A stretch of DNA of 47,512 nt from a virus. Taxonomy: Duplodnaviria; Caudoviricetes. The notes beneath the pieces were generated by a model, which was not told the DNA's origin, made no database searches, and worked only from the letters and a program-made list of their open reading frames with translations. Shown here one piece after another: positions 35,699-45,649 of the stretch. Both the position numbers and the translations under genes were made by a program. Numbering within the stretch: the stretch's first letter is position 1; every line of letters starts with the position of its first letter. The stretch spans positions 1-47,512 of the IMG/VR virus record IMGVR_UViG_3300032328_000467; one strand, 5' to 3'.

Positions 35699-36046
35699 AT
35701 GTCTCGATTTAAAGACTTTGGCTCTAAGGTTGTTGAAAACTTAGAACCAATATCATTCAAGATTTGGGATGAAGAATTTAGTTGCGTCCCACAACTTCAG
35801 GGAAAAGTTCTTCTCGATATGGTCTCTAGTGTAAACACCGATAGTGACTCGTCAGACGCCTCCTCCCAAGCAAAAGCAATCAATGATTTCTTTAGCAGCG
35901 TCCTCACTGACGAAAGCGAGAAGCGTTTCAATGCTCTTCTCACCGACAAAGAGAGAATTGTCTCAGTTGACACTCTTGGTGAAATTGTCGGCTGGTTGGT
36001 GGAGCAATATACTAACCGCCCTACGGAGCGGTCACAGGACTCCTAG
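35699..36046 (+). CDS. tail assembly chaperone (gpG-like)
   Basis: Two genes upstream of the tape measure; ends LVEQYTNRPT; RBS AAGGAA. Confidence 0.8.
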   Translation: MSRFKDFGSKVVENLEPISFKIWDEEFSCVPQLQGKVLLDMVSSVNTDSDSSDASSQAKAINDFFSSVLTDESEKRFNALLTDKERIVSVDTLGEIVGWLVEQYTNRPTERSQDS

Positions 36047-36414
36047 AGTGGGGGATTGACCTTTGGCCGTATGTAAATGGGAAGGCACTAATGAGTGGAC
36101 TACACCTTGCGAGCATGGAAGCATCCGATATGCTCGACGTCCTTCATTTCCTCTTTGAAGAGGACTTGAGAGTATCTTCCGCAGAAGAAATGAAATCAGT
36201 AGAAGAGTCTAGAAAACTTATCTACAGCACCCTCTATAACCGCACGTACAAGTACAGTTCTAATAAATCTAGAGGGTCAACAACTTCTTCTGATATGGAC
36301 GATTTCGGTCCCGTGAGTCCTTTCACACCGAGTAGTCCTAAACCGTATATTCCACCGACAGATTTTGACCCAAGTTCTGGCATTCCGGGCATTATCGAAC
36401 CGACTTTAGGTTAG
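36016..36414 (+). CDS. tail assembly chaperone second frame (gpT-like), probably reached by -1 frameshift
   Basis: The frame is open from 36016 (after TAA 36013-15), overlapping gpG in the -1 frame, and reads LLEWGIDLWPYVNGKAL before ATG 36091. Confidence 0.65.
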   Translation, partial: PPYGAVTGLLEWGIDLWPYVNGKALMSGLHLASMEASDMLDVLHFLFEEDLRVSSAEEMKSVEESRKLIYSTLYNRTYKYSSNKSRGSTTSSDMDDFGPVSPFTPSSPKPYIPPTDFDPSSGIPGIIEPTLG

Positions 36415-36427
36415 GGGGTGAGTCCCA

Positions 36428-39406
36428 GTGGCAGTAGTAGGTGAAGCCCACGTCATAGTACGTGCTCTGACCAATAAAGTCAGTGACGATATTCGTAAAG
36501 GTTTTGACGGAGTTCGTGGTGACATTGCTGCTCGCACTGGGGCTGACCTCGGTGATAAGTTTACTGCTGGATTCAATAAAAACGTTGGCGTTAACATTTT
36601 TACAAGAATTTCTGATGGCATTGCGTCTATGGCTCCATCAGCGCAGGCTGCCAGACTGCAACTAAACTCTCTCATTAAAACTGGTTACAAAATGACCGTA
36701 GGTTTTAGTCTTATTGCTGGCACTATCGGCGTTGTTGTTGGTGGTCTTGGCGCATTAATTGGCGCTGCTGGTGGCGCTGCCGCTTCTTTGACTGCCTTGA
36801 TTGGGACTATGGTTTCCCTCAAAGTGGGGAGCGGTCTCGCTGGCTTTGCTATGAAGGGTGTTGGGGAGGCAGTATCTTCCGCTGGACAGGCTAGTGGTGT
36901 GAGTGCAAAAAGCGTCAAAGAACTTCGCGAAGAAATGCAACAATTGCGTTTTGAGGCTGAAGAAGCCGCCCTTGCCGAAGAAGAGTTTGGTTTACGTCTA
37001 GAGCAGGCTAGGGAGAGCCTAGCCAGAACTGCCGATTTACCAGTCAACTCAATGGCGCGACGCGAAGCAGAACTAAACTTCAAGCAGGCGGAACTTGCGT
37101 ATCGTCAGGCTAAAGATAGAACCAAAGACCTAAATGCCGAAGTAAAAAAAGGCGTTCAAAGTGGGACAGCGGCTGGTGGTGCTGACCCCTTTGCCCAATT
37201 GACCGCAAGCCAAAAGAAATTTGCCCAGTTTTTAATTACCTTAAGACCAATTATTAGCGACTTGAGAGAGCGGGTTGCTAGTGGGTTCCTTCCAGTTTTG
37301 GAAAAACAACTTAAAAGAATTGTTGACTCCGACCTGCTTGGTGTTGTTGAAAAAGGTTACAGCGGAATAGGTGACGCTCTAGGAAAAGCAGTCAAAGGTT
37401 TCACTGGACAAATACTGAAGCCAGAAACACTTGAAGATTTGGGTGGAGTTTTTTCTGACATTGAGTATGTTGTCGGTAAGTTTGGAAAAACTTTTGGTAA
37501 GTTTTTTAGAATATTTTTGAAACTGCTCGACGCTTCTGGACCTTTAATTAGGGATTTTTCTGACTACCTAGACGGTTTAGCAACTAGGCTCCTAAAATTC
37601 CTAGACGGTTTTAGTAACACTGAACTTGAAGATTTCTTTACCCGCGCCGGGGATATTGCTGGAAAGTTTGGTCAAATTTTTAGAAATGTTTTTGACGGTC
37701 TAAAAGCAATTATTATGGCTAACTTTGGACCTGGCAGCGGTGGGGATATGCTCCTCGACTTCCTTATTGAGTCGACAGAGGGGTTTGCAAAACTGGGAGA
37801 CGACGCCGAGGGACTTGAAACTTACTTTAAAAAGGTTTCTGACAACCTTATTATAATTCTTGATGGCGTTGGAGGAATGTTTTCTGGCCTCTCTGCTTTG
37901 GGAGAAAACGAAGGAATTGGACAGTTCTTTGACAGAATTAAAGACGCTGGGCCGTCTATCGGAAATATTGCTACAAAGGGTTTAGAAGCACTTCCCGCTG
38001 TTGCCGATTTGGTTGTCGAATTTGCTGATTTAGTTGACAAATTGACAGACAGCGGAGCAATTAAAATTTTCTTTGGAATTATAGAAGACGCAATTAATGT
38101 AATTGGTGACCTACTTCAAAATAAATGGGTTGCTAATATTCTTATTTTCTTTGGACAGATTAAGGCCATCACTCTCGCTTTGGGCGTTTTAAAAAGTGCA
38201 TTTGATTTAGTCGGGCTAAGCATTTTGGGAAACACTGGTCTTGCTACTGGCTCTATTGGTACCGTTATTGACGGAACTAAACTTTTGGCTGTCGGCGCGG
38301 GGGACGTCAGCAGAGTTTTTAAAGACTCATTCAAGCAAGCAGGAAAAAGTGGTACTGGATTTTTTACAACCTTAAGGGGCGGGCTTGGTGCACTTTCTTT
38401 CAGCACCTCTGGCTTTGCTAGGTCCATTGGCTCTATTGGGGGGGCACTCCTACGTGGTGTGGGGGCACTACTTAGTCCCGTCGGACTGGTAGTAACTGCA
38501 GTTGCTCTTTTAATTGGGTATTTTGTCAACCTGTACAACACAAATAAACAATTTAGGGATTCTTTTATACCTGTATTTGAAGCAATAGGGAACGCTATAG
38601 GTGCAATTGAGATTGCTCTACAACCCATAATGACTGCTTTTGATGAACTATATAACAACCACATCAAGCCACTTCTTTTTGGTCCAAACGGAAATGACGG
38701 TCTAATCTCAGGACTTTCTGATTTTGTCGCAAACGTACTCCCCTTAGTAATTAATGCAATTACTGGACTACTCGTACCAGCAATTGAGTTTTTGGTTGGG
38801 GTGACAGTGAATGCAATGCAATTTTTTGGTGACTTCTTTGAAGGAGTCAAGGGAATGTTTGCTGGAATTCTTCAAATGTTCACAGGTGATTTTATTGGCG
38901 GGCTAAGAACTGCACTGGTTTCTTTCGTGTCAATTATTTTGTCAATTATGGATTTTGTTGCAAACTCAATTGTCAATGTTGCAAATTTTATGATTCAAAA
39001 AATTAATGAAGCATTGCAATCTATTGATGGCACACCGCTCGGTGACTTCATACGAGACACTTTTGGATTTGACGTTGGCGTTGGAATTCCGTTGCTTCCT
39101 CAATCTAATATGGCTTCCGCAGCCATTGCTTCACTCGGTCTCGCAGAGGGTGGAATTGTCAGCCCCCGTGGTGGTGGCACTATGGCATTGATTGCTGAGG
39201 CTGGACGTCCAGAGCGTGTTGAGCCTCTTGACCCCGACGGTCTATCGAAGCGTGACAAGGCTATGATTCAATTTTTGACAAACGGCACTGCTGGTGGTGG
39301 AGTCAATATCACTGTCAACCCGTCTGCTGGCATGGACGAGACGGAACTTGCTGCTGTTATTTCCCGACGACTTGCTTACGAACTACGTAGAGGTTCTACC
39401 GCATAA
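36428..39406 (+). CDS. tape measure protein
   Basis: N-terminal VVGEAHVIVRA, coiled-coil and amphipathic Gly/Ala/Phe-rich helices, C-terminal LAEGGIV...IAEAGRPERVEPL. Confidence 0.92.
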   Translation: MAVVGEAHVIVRALTNKVSDDIRKGFDGVRGDIAARTGADLGDKFTAGFNKNVGVNIFTRISDGIASMAPSAQAARLQLNSLIKTGYKMTVGFSLIAGTIGVVVGGLGALIGAAGGAAASLTALIGTMVSLKVGSGLAGFAMKGVGEAVSSAGQASGVSAKSVKELREEMQQLRFEAEEAALAEEEFGLRLEQARESLARTADLPVNSMARREAELNFKQAELAYRQAKDRTKDLNAEVKKGVQSGTAAGGADPFAQLTASQKKFAQFLITLRPIISDLRERVASGFLPVLEKQLKRIVDSDLLGVVEKGYSGIGDALGKAVKGFTGQILKPETLEDLGGVFSDIEYVVGKFGKTFGKFFRIFLKLLDASGPLIRDFSDYLDGLATRLLKFLDGFSNTELEDFFTRAGDIAGKFGQIFRNVFDGLKAIIMANFGPGSGGDMLLDFLIESTEGFAKLGDDAEGLETYFKKVSDNLIIILDGVGGMFSGLSALGENEGIGQFFDRIKDAGPSIGNIATKGLEALPAVADLVVEFADLVDKLTDSGAIKIFFGIIEDAINVIGDLLQNKWVANILIFFGQIKAITLALGVLKSAFDLVGLSILGNTGLATGSIGTVIDGTKLLAVGAGDVSRVFKDSFKQAGKSGTGFFTTLRGGLGALSFSTSGFARSIGSIGGALLRGVGALLSPVGLVVTAVALLIGYFVNLYNTNKQFRDSFIPVFEAIGNAIGAIEIALQPIMTAFDELYNNHIKPLLFGPNGNDGLISGLSDFVANVLPLVINAITGLLVPAIEFLVGVTVNAMQFFGDFFEGVKGMFAGILQMFTGDFIGGLRTALVSFVSIILSIMDFVANSIVNVANFMIQKINEALQSIDGTPLGDFIRDTFGFDVGVGIPLLPQSNMASAAIASLGLAEGGIVSPRGGGTMALIAEAGRPERVEPLDPDGLSKRDKAMIQFLTNGTAGGGVNITVNPSAGMDETELAAVISRRLAYELRRGSTA

Positions 39407-42400
39407 TGGCAACTAATCTTATTCTCAACCCGTCTTTCACTCAAGGCACTACTAACTGGACGTTTACGAACTGCACCACTGCGGGCACTACGGCACAGTT
39501 TTTGTTCAATAACATTGCCCGTGAAATTACCGCAAACTCGGCTGCCACTGCGCCTACGATTGATAGCGCAATTGTCAATATTGCTGCGTCCACTACTCAC
39601 ACGGCGTCTTTGTATGTGAAACTTAGTGCCGACCAGCCAAGTACTTCATTTTCTTTTAGCCTAAAAACTTATCAGTCTGACGGAACAACACTTGTCAATA
39701 CTTTTACGGCTGATACTAAAGAACTGACAGTTTCTGATAGTTGGTACAGATTTACTGTGACAGGAACTTCTGGCGGTGCCGCTGTAAAGGCACGAATTAG
39801 TTTGACAACAACGTCAATTGTGAACGGACGCAAGTTTGTTATTGACGGTGCACAACTTGTCACTGGTTACACCGCTGTCGAGTTTGATTACATTGAAACT
39901 GTTGACCAAGCGCAAGAAAACAAAATTATCAACAAGGCACTGTCCAAAGTGCCATTCCCCCACCTCAGTGGTGTAGAACTAAATGCTGACGTCAAACTTG
40001 GCGATTTCACGTTCAACACTATCGACGCTAACAATGTCGCATATATTCTTACCGATATTGTTGGGCTTTACGGTCAGCCCGAAACAGAGTATTCGGACAT
40101 TAGTCGCGGTTTTTACGCAGACGGTGACTACGACGTTCGTGGTCGCTACCAAGCAAGACAAATTTCGTTGGTCGGTTCTATTCTCGTACAAGATAAAACT
40201 TCTGTTGCTTCTGCTAGAGAAAAACTGGTTCGCGCAACTGAACTTGTAAAACGCGGAACGTGGCTAAAGGTTTACCCCCCGAACGCTACACCACACGCAA
40301 TTTGGGTTCGACTGAGCGGTGCGTTAGAAATCAATGTTGTCAATCCTCGTGGTCGTATGGATTTCAGTGTTGGGCTTCGCGCAGCAGACCCACTTATTTA
40401 TGCGTGGAACGAAGACCGTGAAGACGGTTATTACGTTGCCAACGTCGCTGCTTCTAACTATGAGGGTACGCAGACTGGTGAAGTTTCTATTACAAATAAT
40501 GGTAACTATCAGGCACCAGCAATCTTTGAGGTTCGTGGACCAATTAATGGTTCTGTGGCTACGTTGTTCAACTATTCGAACGCTCAACTGACAAGAATTA
40601 TTGAGCCTGTTCGTGGTGAACGTTATTACCTTATTGGTCAGAAGTCTTTGAAAGATTTTGAGGCGACACTAAAGTTCCCGACACCTCACGACCTTATCCC
40701 CGGTGATTCTATTACGGTTAGTATCCCAGTGACTACTTCTATCACGGATGTCACATTTGTTGACTCAACAGATACTGCCACAATCAATGTTGCCTCGACT
40801 GCGGGTTATTCAATAGGTGATTTGGTTTCTATTTCTGGTCTGCCTAGCCCAATTGACGTATTCAATGGAAATCAAACAATTTTTTCCGTAACTTCTACAA
40901 CTCAATTCACTATCAAAAACACTACGCTTGTGGGCAATATTTCTCTCACTTCTGGCGACTCAGATTCCATTGTCTATAACATTACTAATTCCCGTTTTGA
41001 CGGAGAGCAGGTTGTTTCATCTATTCCTGACGCAAAAAGTGTTTCGTTTTTGACGACGTACCGAGAGACGTACTCGTTGAGAAATCTTTTGGGTGCTGAC
41101 GTTGCTAATAGCCGTTGCGTTGTCTATAAAGACGCCGACTATTTGGAGATTGATTCGAAAGACCAGAACGTTGCTCTCAATGGTGATGGTAGCCAGTATC
41201 GTGGAAAAATTGATGCTCTTTCTGACTGGATTCGTCTTGAACCTGGCGTCAACAAGATTTTGTTGGATGACGCCCAGCAGGTTCCGTATTACGTGGAGAG
41301 AAGAGAAATTACTGCTGCTGGTGTTGCCACGCTTCAGTTGACGGAGCCTCATACTTTTGCTGTGGGTGACAATATCAACGTTGTTGATGTTGGCGCAGAA
41401 TATGACACTGCGGGCAGAGCAAAAATTACTAGTTATTCGCGTGCTGGAAATGTTGTTACCGCGTTTGCTAGTGGCTACGGTATGACGACTGGTACAAGTG
41501 TTGTGATTGGTGGGGTTGACTTTGCTATTGATGGTCAGTACGCAATTACTAACGTCAACGCTAGCGCTTTTACGTTTGTGACAAATTCAAGCGGAACTAT
41601 TTACTCAACTAACACCAACGCAACGGTGAAAAAGGTTGTTGCGGTTAGTCAGTATTCCAGAACGAGCAACGTTGCTACTTTGACAACGACAACAGCGCAC
41701 GGTCTGTCTGCTGGTCAGGCTATGTATGTTGTTGGTGTCCACCCTGAGTTTGACGGTCAGTGGTATGTTGCCACAGCAGCAGACAACACTACCCTCACCT
41801 ATGACACGGATATTAAGTTCACCGAGAATTTCCCGACAACTAACGCCACCACTGGTGCTACTGTTTATCTCCGATACCCAATTATTTCGTACACTGACTA
41901 CTCGGTTACGTATACGACTGACGGTTCGGCTACGTTAGAAGGTTCTACCCAGTTTGGGTTGTTGTCTTCTATTGACTCGCAACGTTTTGCGTCAATCAAT
42001 AATGTTTCGAGAACTAATAACATTGCTACGCTCACTACAACTAAGAAACACAATTATCAGGTTGGCGAGTATGTTTCTGTTGAGGGACCTAGTTCTCTTC
42101 ACCCGACGTATCAAGTTTCTACGGGTAACGCAAAAGTAATCAGCAGTTGGACTCTTGCGTCTAACTTGGTGACGGTTACTAGTACCGCTCATGGTCTTGT
42201 TACTAATGACAAGGCAAACATTTTTGGGGTGCGTACTGGCTCATTTATTGATATCAACGGACAATTCACTGTTGAGAGAACTGGTGCTGATACCTTTAGG
42301 TATAACATTGCTGGACCGATTGTTTTGACGTATGGGGTGGACAAGTACTCTATTTCTAACAACATTGTCAGATTAGAACTGAACGCTAAACCAGAGTTTG

Positions 42401-43311
42401 ACCTTACTTACGACAACCTAAACAACGGTTACCCTATCAGTACTCAGATTGATTTTGCGAGTTCGGGTACAGCAACAGCAATTGTGGGGAGACACGACGT
42501 TATCGGTAGGGACACCGAAAATAACGTTATTTGGTTTGCTACCACCGCTGCTGACGTTACGTTGACAAGTCTTACAAACACCACGAACACAGTCGCTATT
42601 GTTTACGACAATACCCCTGAACGTGGTCGTGTTCAGCGAGTAATTGAGGCTGTCTACTACACAATTAATAATGATTCGGCTGGGACTACTGAAGCCGCTA
42701 ACGCCCTGAGCAACACAGCAGTAGCGGGGAACACAGTCTGGGTTCGAACAAACACTGCACACAGCCTCTCCACTGGCGCAACGGTTGACATTTCTGGACT
42801 CTCCTCGCTGTTTAACGGCGTGCAAACCGTTACAAGTGTCGATTCGACAATGTTCAAATTTACTATCGACAACACCACTAACGTCAAACATGCGAACGCA
42901 ACAATAACTCGTGCTGGCACTACTGCCACAGTTACTTTTACCGAAGACCACGGTTACGTTGTCGGGGACAAAGTGTGGATTTACTCTCCCCGCGCAAACG
43001 TTGCGGTGGGGGTTTACGAAGTGCTTACGTCAGCCACTGCTAAAGAATTTCAAATTACTACGGTAGCGAGCGGGGCAATAGCATCGGGGGACCGAGCGGG
43101 CTATAAAGTTCTTCCGTATAGAGAAGACGCCGAAGTTATTCGTGTTTACCCAATTCTAGAAGACCCTGCGCCAACAGACTTTACTTTTAGTTATAAAAAC
43201 AGTGGCGACGCAGGAAGTTCGGCTATTGTCGCCGCAGACACTGCTGGCGAAGTTGTGGCAAGTAGTGACGCGAGTATGAAGATTTACTATAGGTCTGCCT
43301 CAATCGGCTAA
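39406..43311 (+). CDS. distal tail (Dit-like) minor tail protein with N-terminal CBM-like domain and inserted beta repeats
   Basis: NLILNPSF...IDGAQL CBM-like domain. Dit core RQISLVG...LRAADPLIY...ITNNGNYQAP...WIRLEPGVNKI...IYYRSA. About 9 H-x-x-x-x-G-D repeats. Confidence 0.8.
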   Translation: MATNLILNPSFTQGTTNWTFTNCTTAGTTAQFLFNNIAREITANSAATAPTIDSAIVNIAASTTHTASLYVKLSADQPSTSFSFSLKTYQSDGTTLVNTFTADTKELTVSDSWYRFTVTGTSGGAAVKARISLTTTSIVNGRKFVIDGAQLVTGYTAVEFDYIETVDQAQENKIINKALSKVPFPHLSGVELNADVKLGDFTFNTIDANNVAYILTDIVGLYGQPETEYSDISRGFYADGDYDVRGRYQARQISLVGSILVQDKTSVASAREKLVRATELVKRGTWLKVYPPNATPHAIWVRLSGALEINVVNPRGRMDFSVGLRAADPLIYAWNEDREDGYYVANVAASNYEGTQTGEVSITNNGNYQAPAIFEVRGPINGSVATLFNYSNAQLTRIIEPVRGERYYLIGQKSLKDFEATLKFPTPHDLIPGDSITVSIPVTTSITDVTFVDSTDTATINVASTAGYSIGDLVSISGLPSPIDVFNGNQTIFSVTSTTQFTIKNTTLVGNISLTSGDSDSIVYNITNSRFDGEQVVSSIPDAKSVSFLTTYRETYSLRNLLGADVANSRCVVYKDADYLEIDSKDQNVALNGDGSQYRGKIDALSDWIRLEPGVNKILLDDAQQVPYYVERREITAAGVATLQLTEPHTFAVGDNINVVDVGAEYDTAGRAKITSYSRAGNVVTAFASGYGMTTGTSVVIGGVDFAIDGQYAITNVNASAFTFVTNSSGTIYSTNTNATVKKVVAVSQYSRTSNVATLTTTTAHGLSAGQAMYVVGVHPEFDGQWYVATAADNTTLTYDTDIKFTENFPTTNATTGATVYLRYPIISYTDYSVTYTTDGSATLEGSTQFGLLSSIDSQRFASINNVSRTNNIATLTTTKKHNYQVGEYVSVEGPSSLHPTYQVSTGNAKVISSWTLASNLVTVTSTAHGLVTNDKANIFGVRTGSFIDINGQFTVERTGADTFRYNIAGPIVLTYGVDKYSISNNIVRLELNAKPEFDLTYDNLNNGYPISTQIDFASSGTATAIVGRHDVIGRDTENNVIWFATTAADVTLTSLTNTTNTVAIVYDNTPERGRVQRVIEAVYYTINNDSAGTTEAANALSNTAVAGNTVWVRTNTAHSLSTGATVDISGLSSLFNGVQTVTSVDSTMFKFTIDNTTNVKHANATITRAGTTATVTFTEDHGYVVGDKVWIYSPRANVAVGVYEVLTSATAKEFQITTVASGAIASGDRAGYKVLPYREDAEVIRVYPILEDPAPTDFTFSYKNSGDAGSSAIVAADTAGEVVASSDASMKIYYRSASIG

Positions 43312-43336
43312 TAAATAGTAGAATAAAAAGACATTT

Positions 43337-45649
43337 ATGGTAAACGCAGACTCACTAACCCCTGAGTACAGGTTTTTTACAACCGACCTATTGACTAACA
43401 AAATTTTGTCAGAGGTGCCGTTCAGTGGCGTCAACTATCAACTTTCACTTATCAACTCTGGAAGTTTTTCAGGAACCGTTCCCGTTGATTCAGAGTCGAG
43501 AAAATACGACTTATACAACAGCACTATGCCGGGCAAAACGGGTTTGTATATTCTGCGAAACGGTATTTGTGTGTGGGGCGGAATTATTTGGTCGAGAGAG
43601 TATGACCTAGAATCCCGCAGGCTTTCAGTAAACGCAAATGAGTTTACAAGTTACCTGTACCACAGAACCATTTGGAAAACTTTTACCACGGCTTTTTCCG
43701 GGGAACTAAAAGTTTCTACTGACCCCGGTGCTGAAGCAACTATCTCTATTGCTACTGGCGTCCCTTATGACATTCTTGAAGGTCAGGCTGTACGAATTGT
43801 TTTTGCTTCTGAACTTTCAAATCTCAACGGTTACTTCTCGGTGCTAAAAAACTCTACTGACGATGAAATTTACATAAACCCAGCAGACAGGTTCTACAAA
43901 CTAACGTCAAAGCGTGTCACTGGATACAAAAAAGGTAAGCAGATTGCTACCGTAAGACTGTGGACCGAATCCGCAAATGAACTAAAAATTGGTGACAGTT
44001 TTACAATCAGTGGCGCAAACATTGAAAGACTAAACGGGACGCACAGCGTTGTCACCGTAAACGATAAGTATTCGGTAACTATTCGCACCACTGGTGGTTA
44101 CAAAGGTCTAAAAGCAGTAGACGATAAGAAAAAATCTTTAGGTTCAAAGGCTCGTTTGACAATCAACGGCTCGGTTCCACCTGGAAGTTATTCCGTATCG
44201 GTTTATTTGAGAACCACCATTTTTGATTTTGTCAAAGGCCTTATTGATTCTATGGGTAAAGATTTTACAGGCATTGAATTTCCTAACGCTTTTATTGAAG
44301 CGGGGCAGACTTTTGGCTACGACGTCGATTCATACAAAGTCAATGGGGGTCTGGCTACTCTCACTACGTCCACACCACACGGACTGACCGCTAGCCAAAA
44401 AATCAACGTGTTGAACGTTGTCCCAGAGATAAACGGCGAGCGGGAAATTTTAGAAATTATTGACGAGAACACTTTTACTTTTAGAACAAACACAAACTTT
44501 ATTGCGTACGCAACGATTACTCCACGTCAGTACGCAATTTCTAAGAGGGTTACTTCTCGATTGGTGACCACCTACACGACGTCCACTAACCACAATCTCA
44601 AAGTTGGTGACACAATTACGATTGAAAACGTCCCCGACATTACGAGAAGAATTGACAGAAACACCAACAGAACTGACGTTTATACGGGTAACTACATTGT
44701 TACTGCGGTTACTGCTCAAAACCAGTTCTCACATAAAACTTCTGTCCCCGCTGACGACTCTATTACTTACACAACGTTGGCAAAGAACCCGAACCCGTAC
44801 GTAATCTCTTACCCGACAGTTACGCTGGGAACTTACGGTCCTTACCCTCAGTTTGCTGACCTTGGTTTCACATTTGACCGTGCCGACGAAGAATTTTTTG
44901 ACGTTGATATTTCTACTACTGGTGTTCGCGGGTTCAATCTAACTTCTGTTGGCGAGTTCCTTGATACTTTTGCTAGTTCTTCTGCTGGCGGTACTGGTTT
45001 TGATTACCGTATCGAGTGTCGGTATGACGGAACTTTGAACAGGTTTTCACGGGTGTTCAAGTTTGTCCCCAACATAACAGGGTTTACAGACGAAGAGGCC
45101 GAAGCGGGACTTAAATATTTAGGTGCTGATAAAACAATCTTTGAGTATCCCGGCAACATTTCTTCGTTCTCAATCAGCGAGTCGGCTGAAGATGCTATGA
45201 CCAGAATGTTTGTTGTGGGAAATAAGGAGGGTCTGAGCGAAGAGGCTTCCCAACCGTATTCTGCTGCTTCGTCTATTGCTCTTCAGTATGGGTGGCCGAT
45301 ATTAGACGCGACAGAAGACGCTTCTGATATCGAAGACGAAGACATGCTTGCTTTAGTGGCAAGTCGTCAGGTGGGGGAATCTATTCCGCCAATTATGGAT
45401 TTCAGCATTAGTATCAACGGCTCACTTGACCCTGTGGTTGGCTCCTACTACCCGGGGCAATGGTGCTCTATAATTGTAGATGACGAGTTTGTGCGAATGA
45501 GATTAGAAAGTGACTTTGAGCCACGTAAGGACGCCCTGTTGAGAAGAATTATGTCTATCAAAGTTTCAGTTCCTGATTCATCAACTTTCCCTGAAAAGGT
45601 CAGTCTTGACTTGGTTCCCGAATTGGAGGTGAACGGTTTTGCCCAGTAG
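43337..45649 (+). CDS. baseplate hub / Tal-like minor tail protein with inserted beta repeats
   Basis: YRFFTTDLLT, YILRNGICVWGGIIW, GFDYRIE and FEYPGNI motifs; follows Dit. Confidence 0.8.
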   Translation: MVNADSLTPEYRFFTTDLLTNKILSEVPFSGVNYQLSLINSGSFSGTVPVDSESRKYDLYNSTMPGKTGLYILRNGICVWGGIIWSREYDLESRRLSVNANEFTSYLYHRTIWKTFTTAFSGELKVSTDPGAEATISIATGVPYDILEGQAVRIVFASELSNLNGYFSVLKNSTDDEIYINPADRFYKLTSKRVTGYKKGKQIATVRLWTESANELKIGDSFTISGANIERLNGTHSVVTVNDKYSVTIRTTGGYKGLKAVDDKKKSLGSKARLTINGSVPPGSYSVSVYLRTTIFDFVKGLIDSMGKDFTGIEFPNAFIEAGQTFGYDVDSYKVNGGLATLTTSTPHGLTASQKINVLNVVPEINGEREILEIIDENTFTFRTNTNFIAYATITPRQYAISKRVTSRLVTTYTTSTNHNLKVGDTITIENVPDITRRIDRNTNRTDVYTGNYIVTAVTAQNQFSHKTSVPADDSITYTTLAKNPNPYVISYPTVTLGTYGPYPQFADLGFTFDRADEEFFDVDISTTGVRGFNLTSVGEFLDTFASSSAGGTGFDYRIECRYDGTLNRFSRVFKFVPNITGFTDEEAEAGLKYLGADKTIFEYPGNISSFSISESAEDAMTRMFVVGNKEGLSEEASQPYSAASSIALQYGWPILDATEDASDIEDEDMLALVASRQVGESIPPIMDFSISINGSLDPVVGSYYPGQWCSIIVDDEFVRMRLESDFEPRKDALLRRIMSIKVSVPDSSTFPEKVSLDLVPELEVNGFAQ

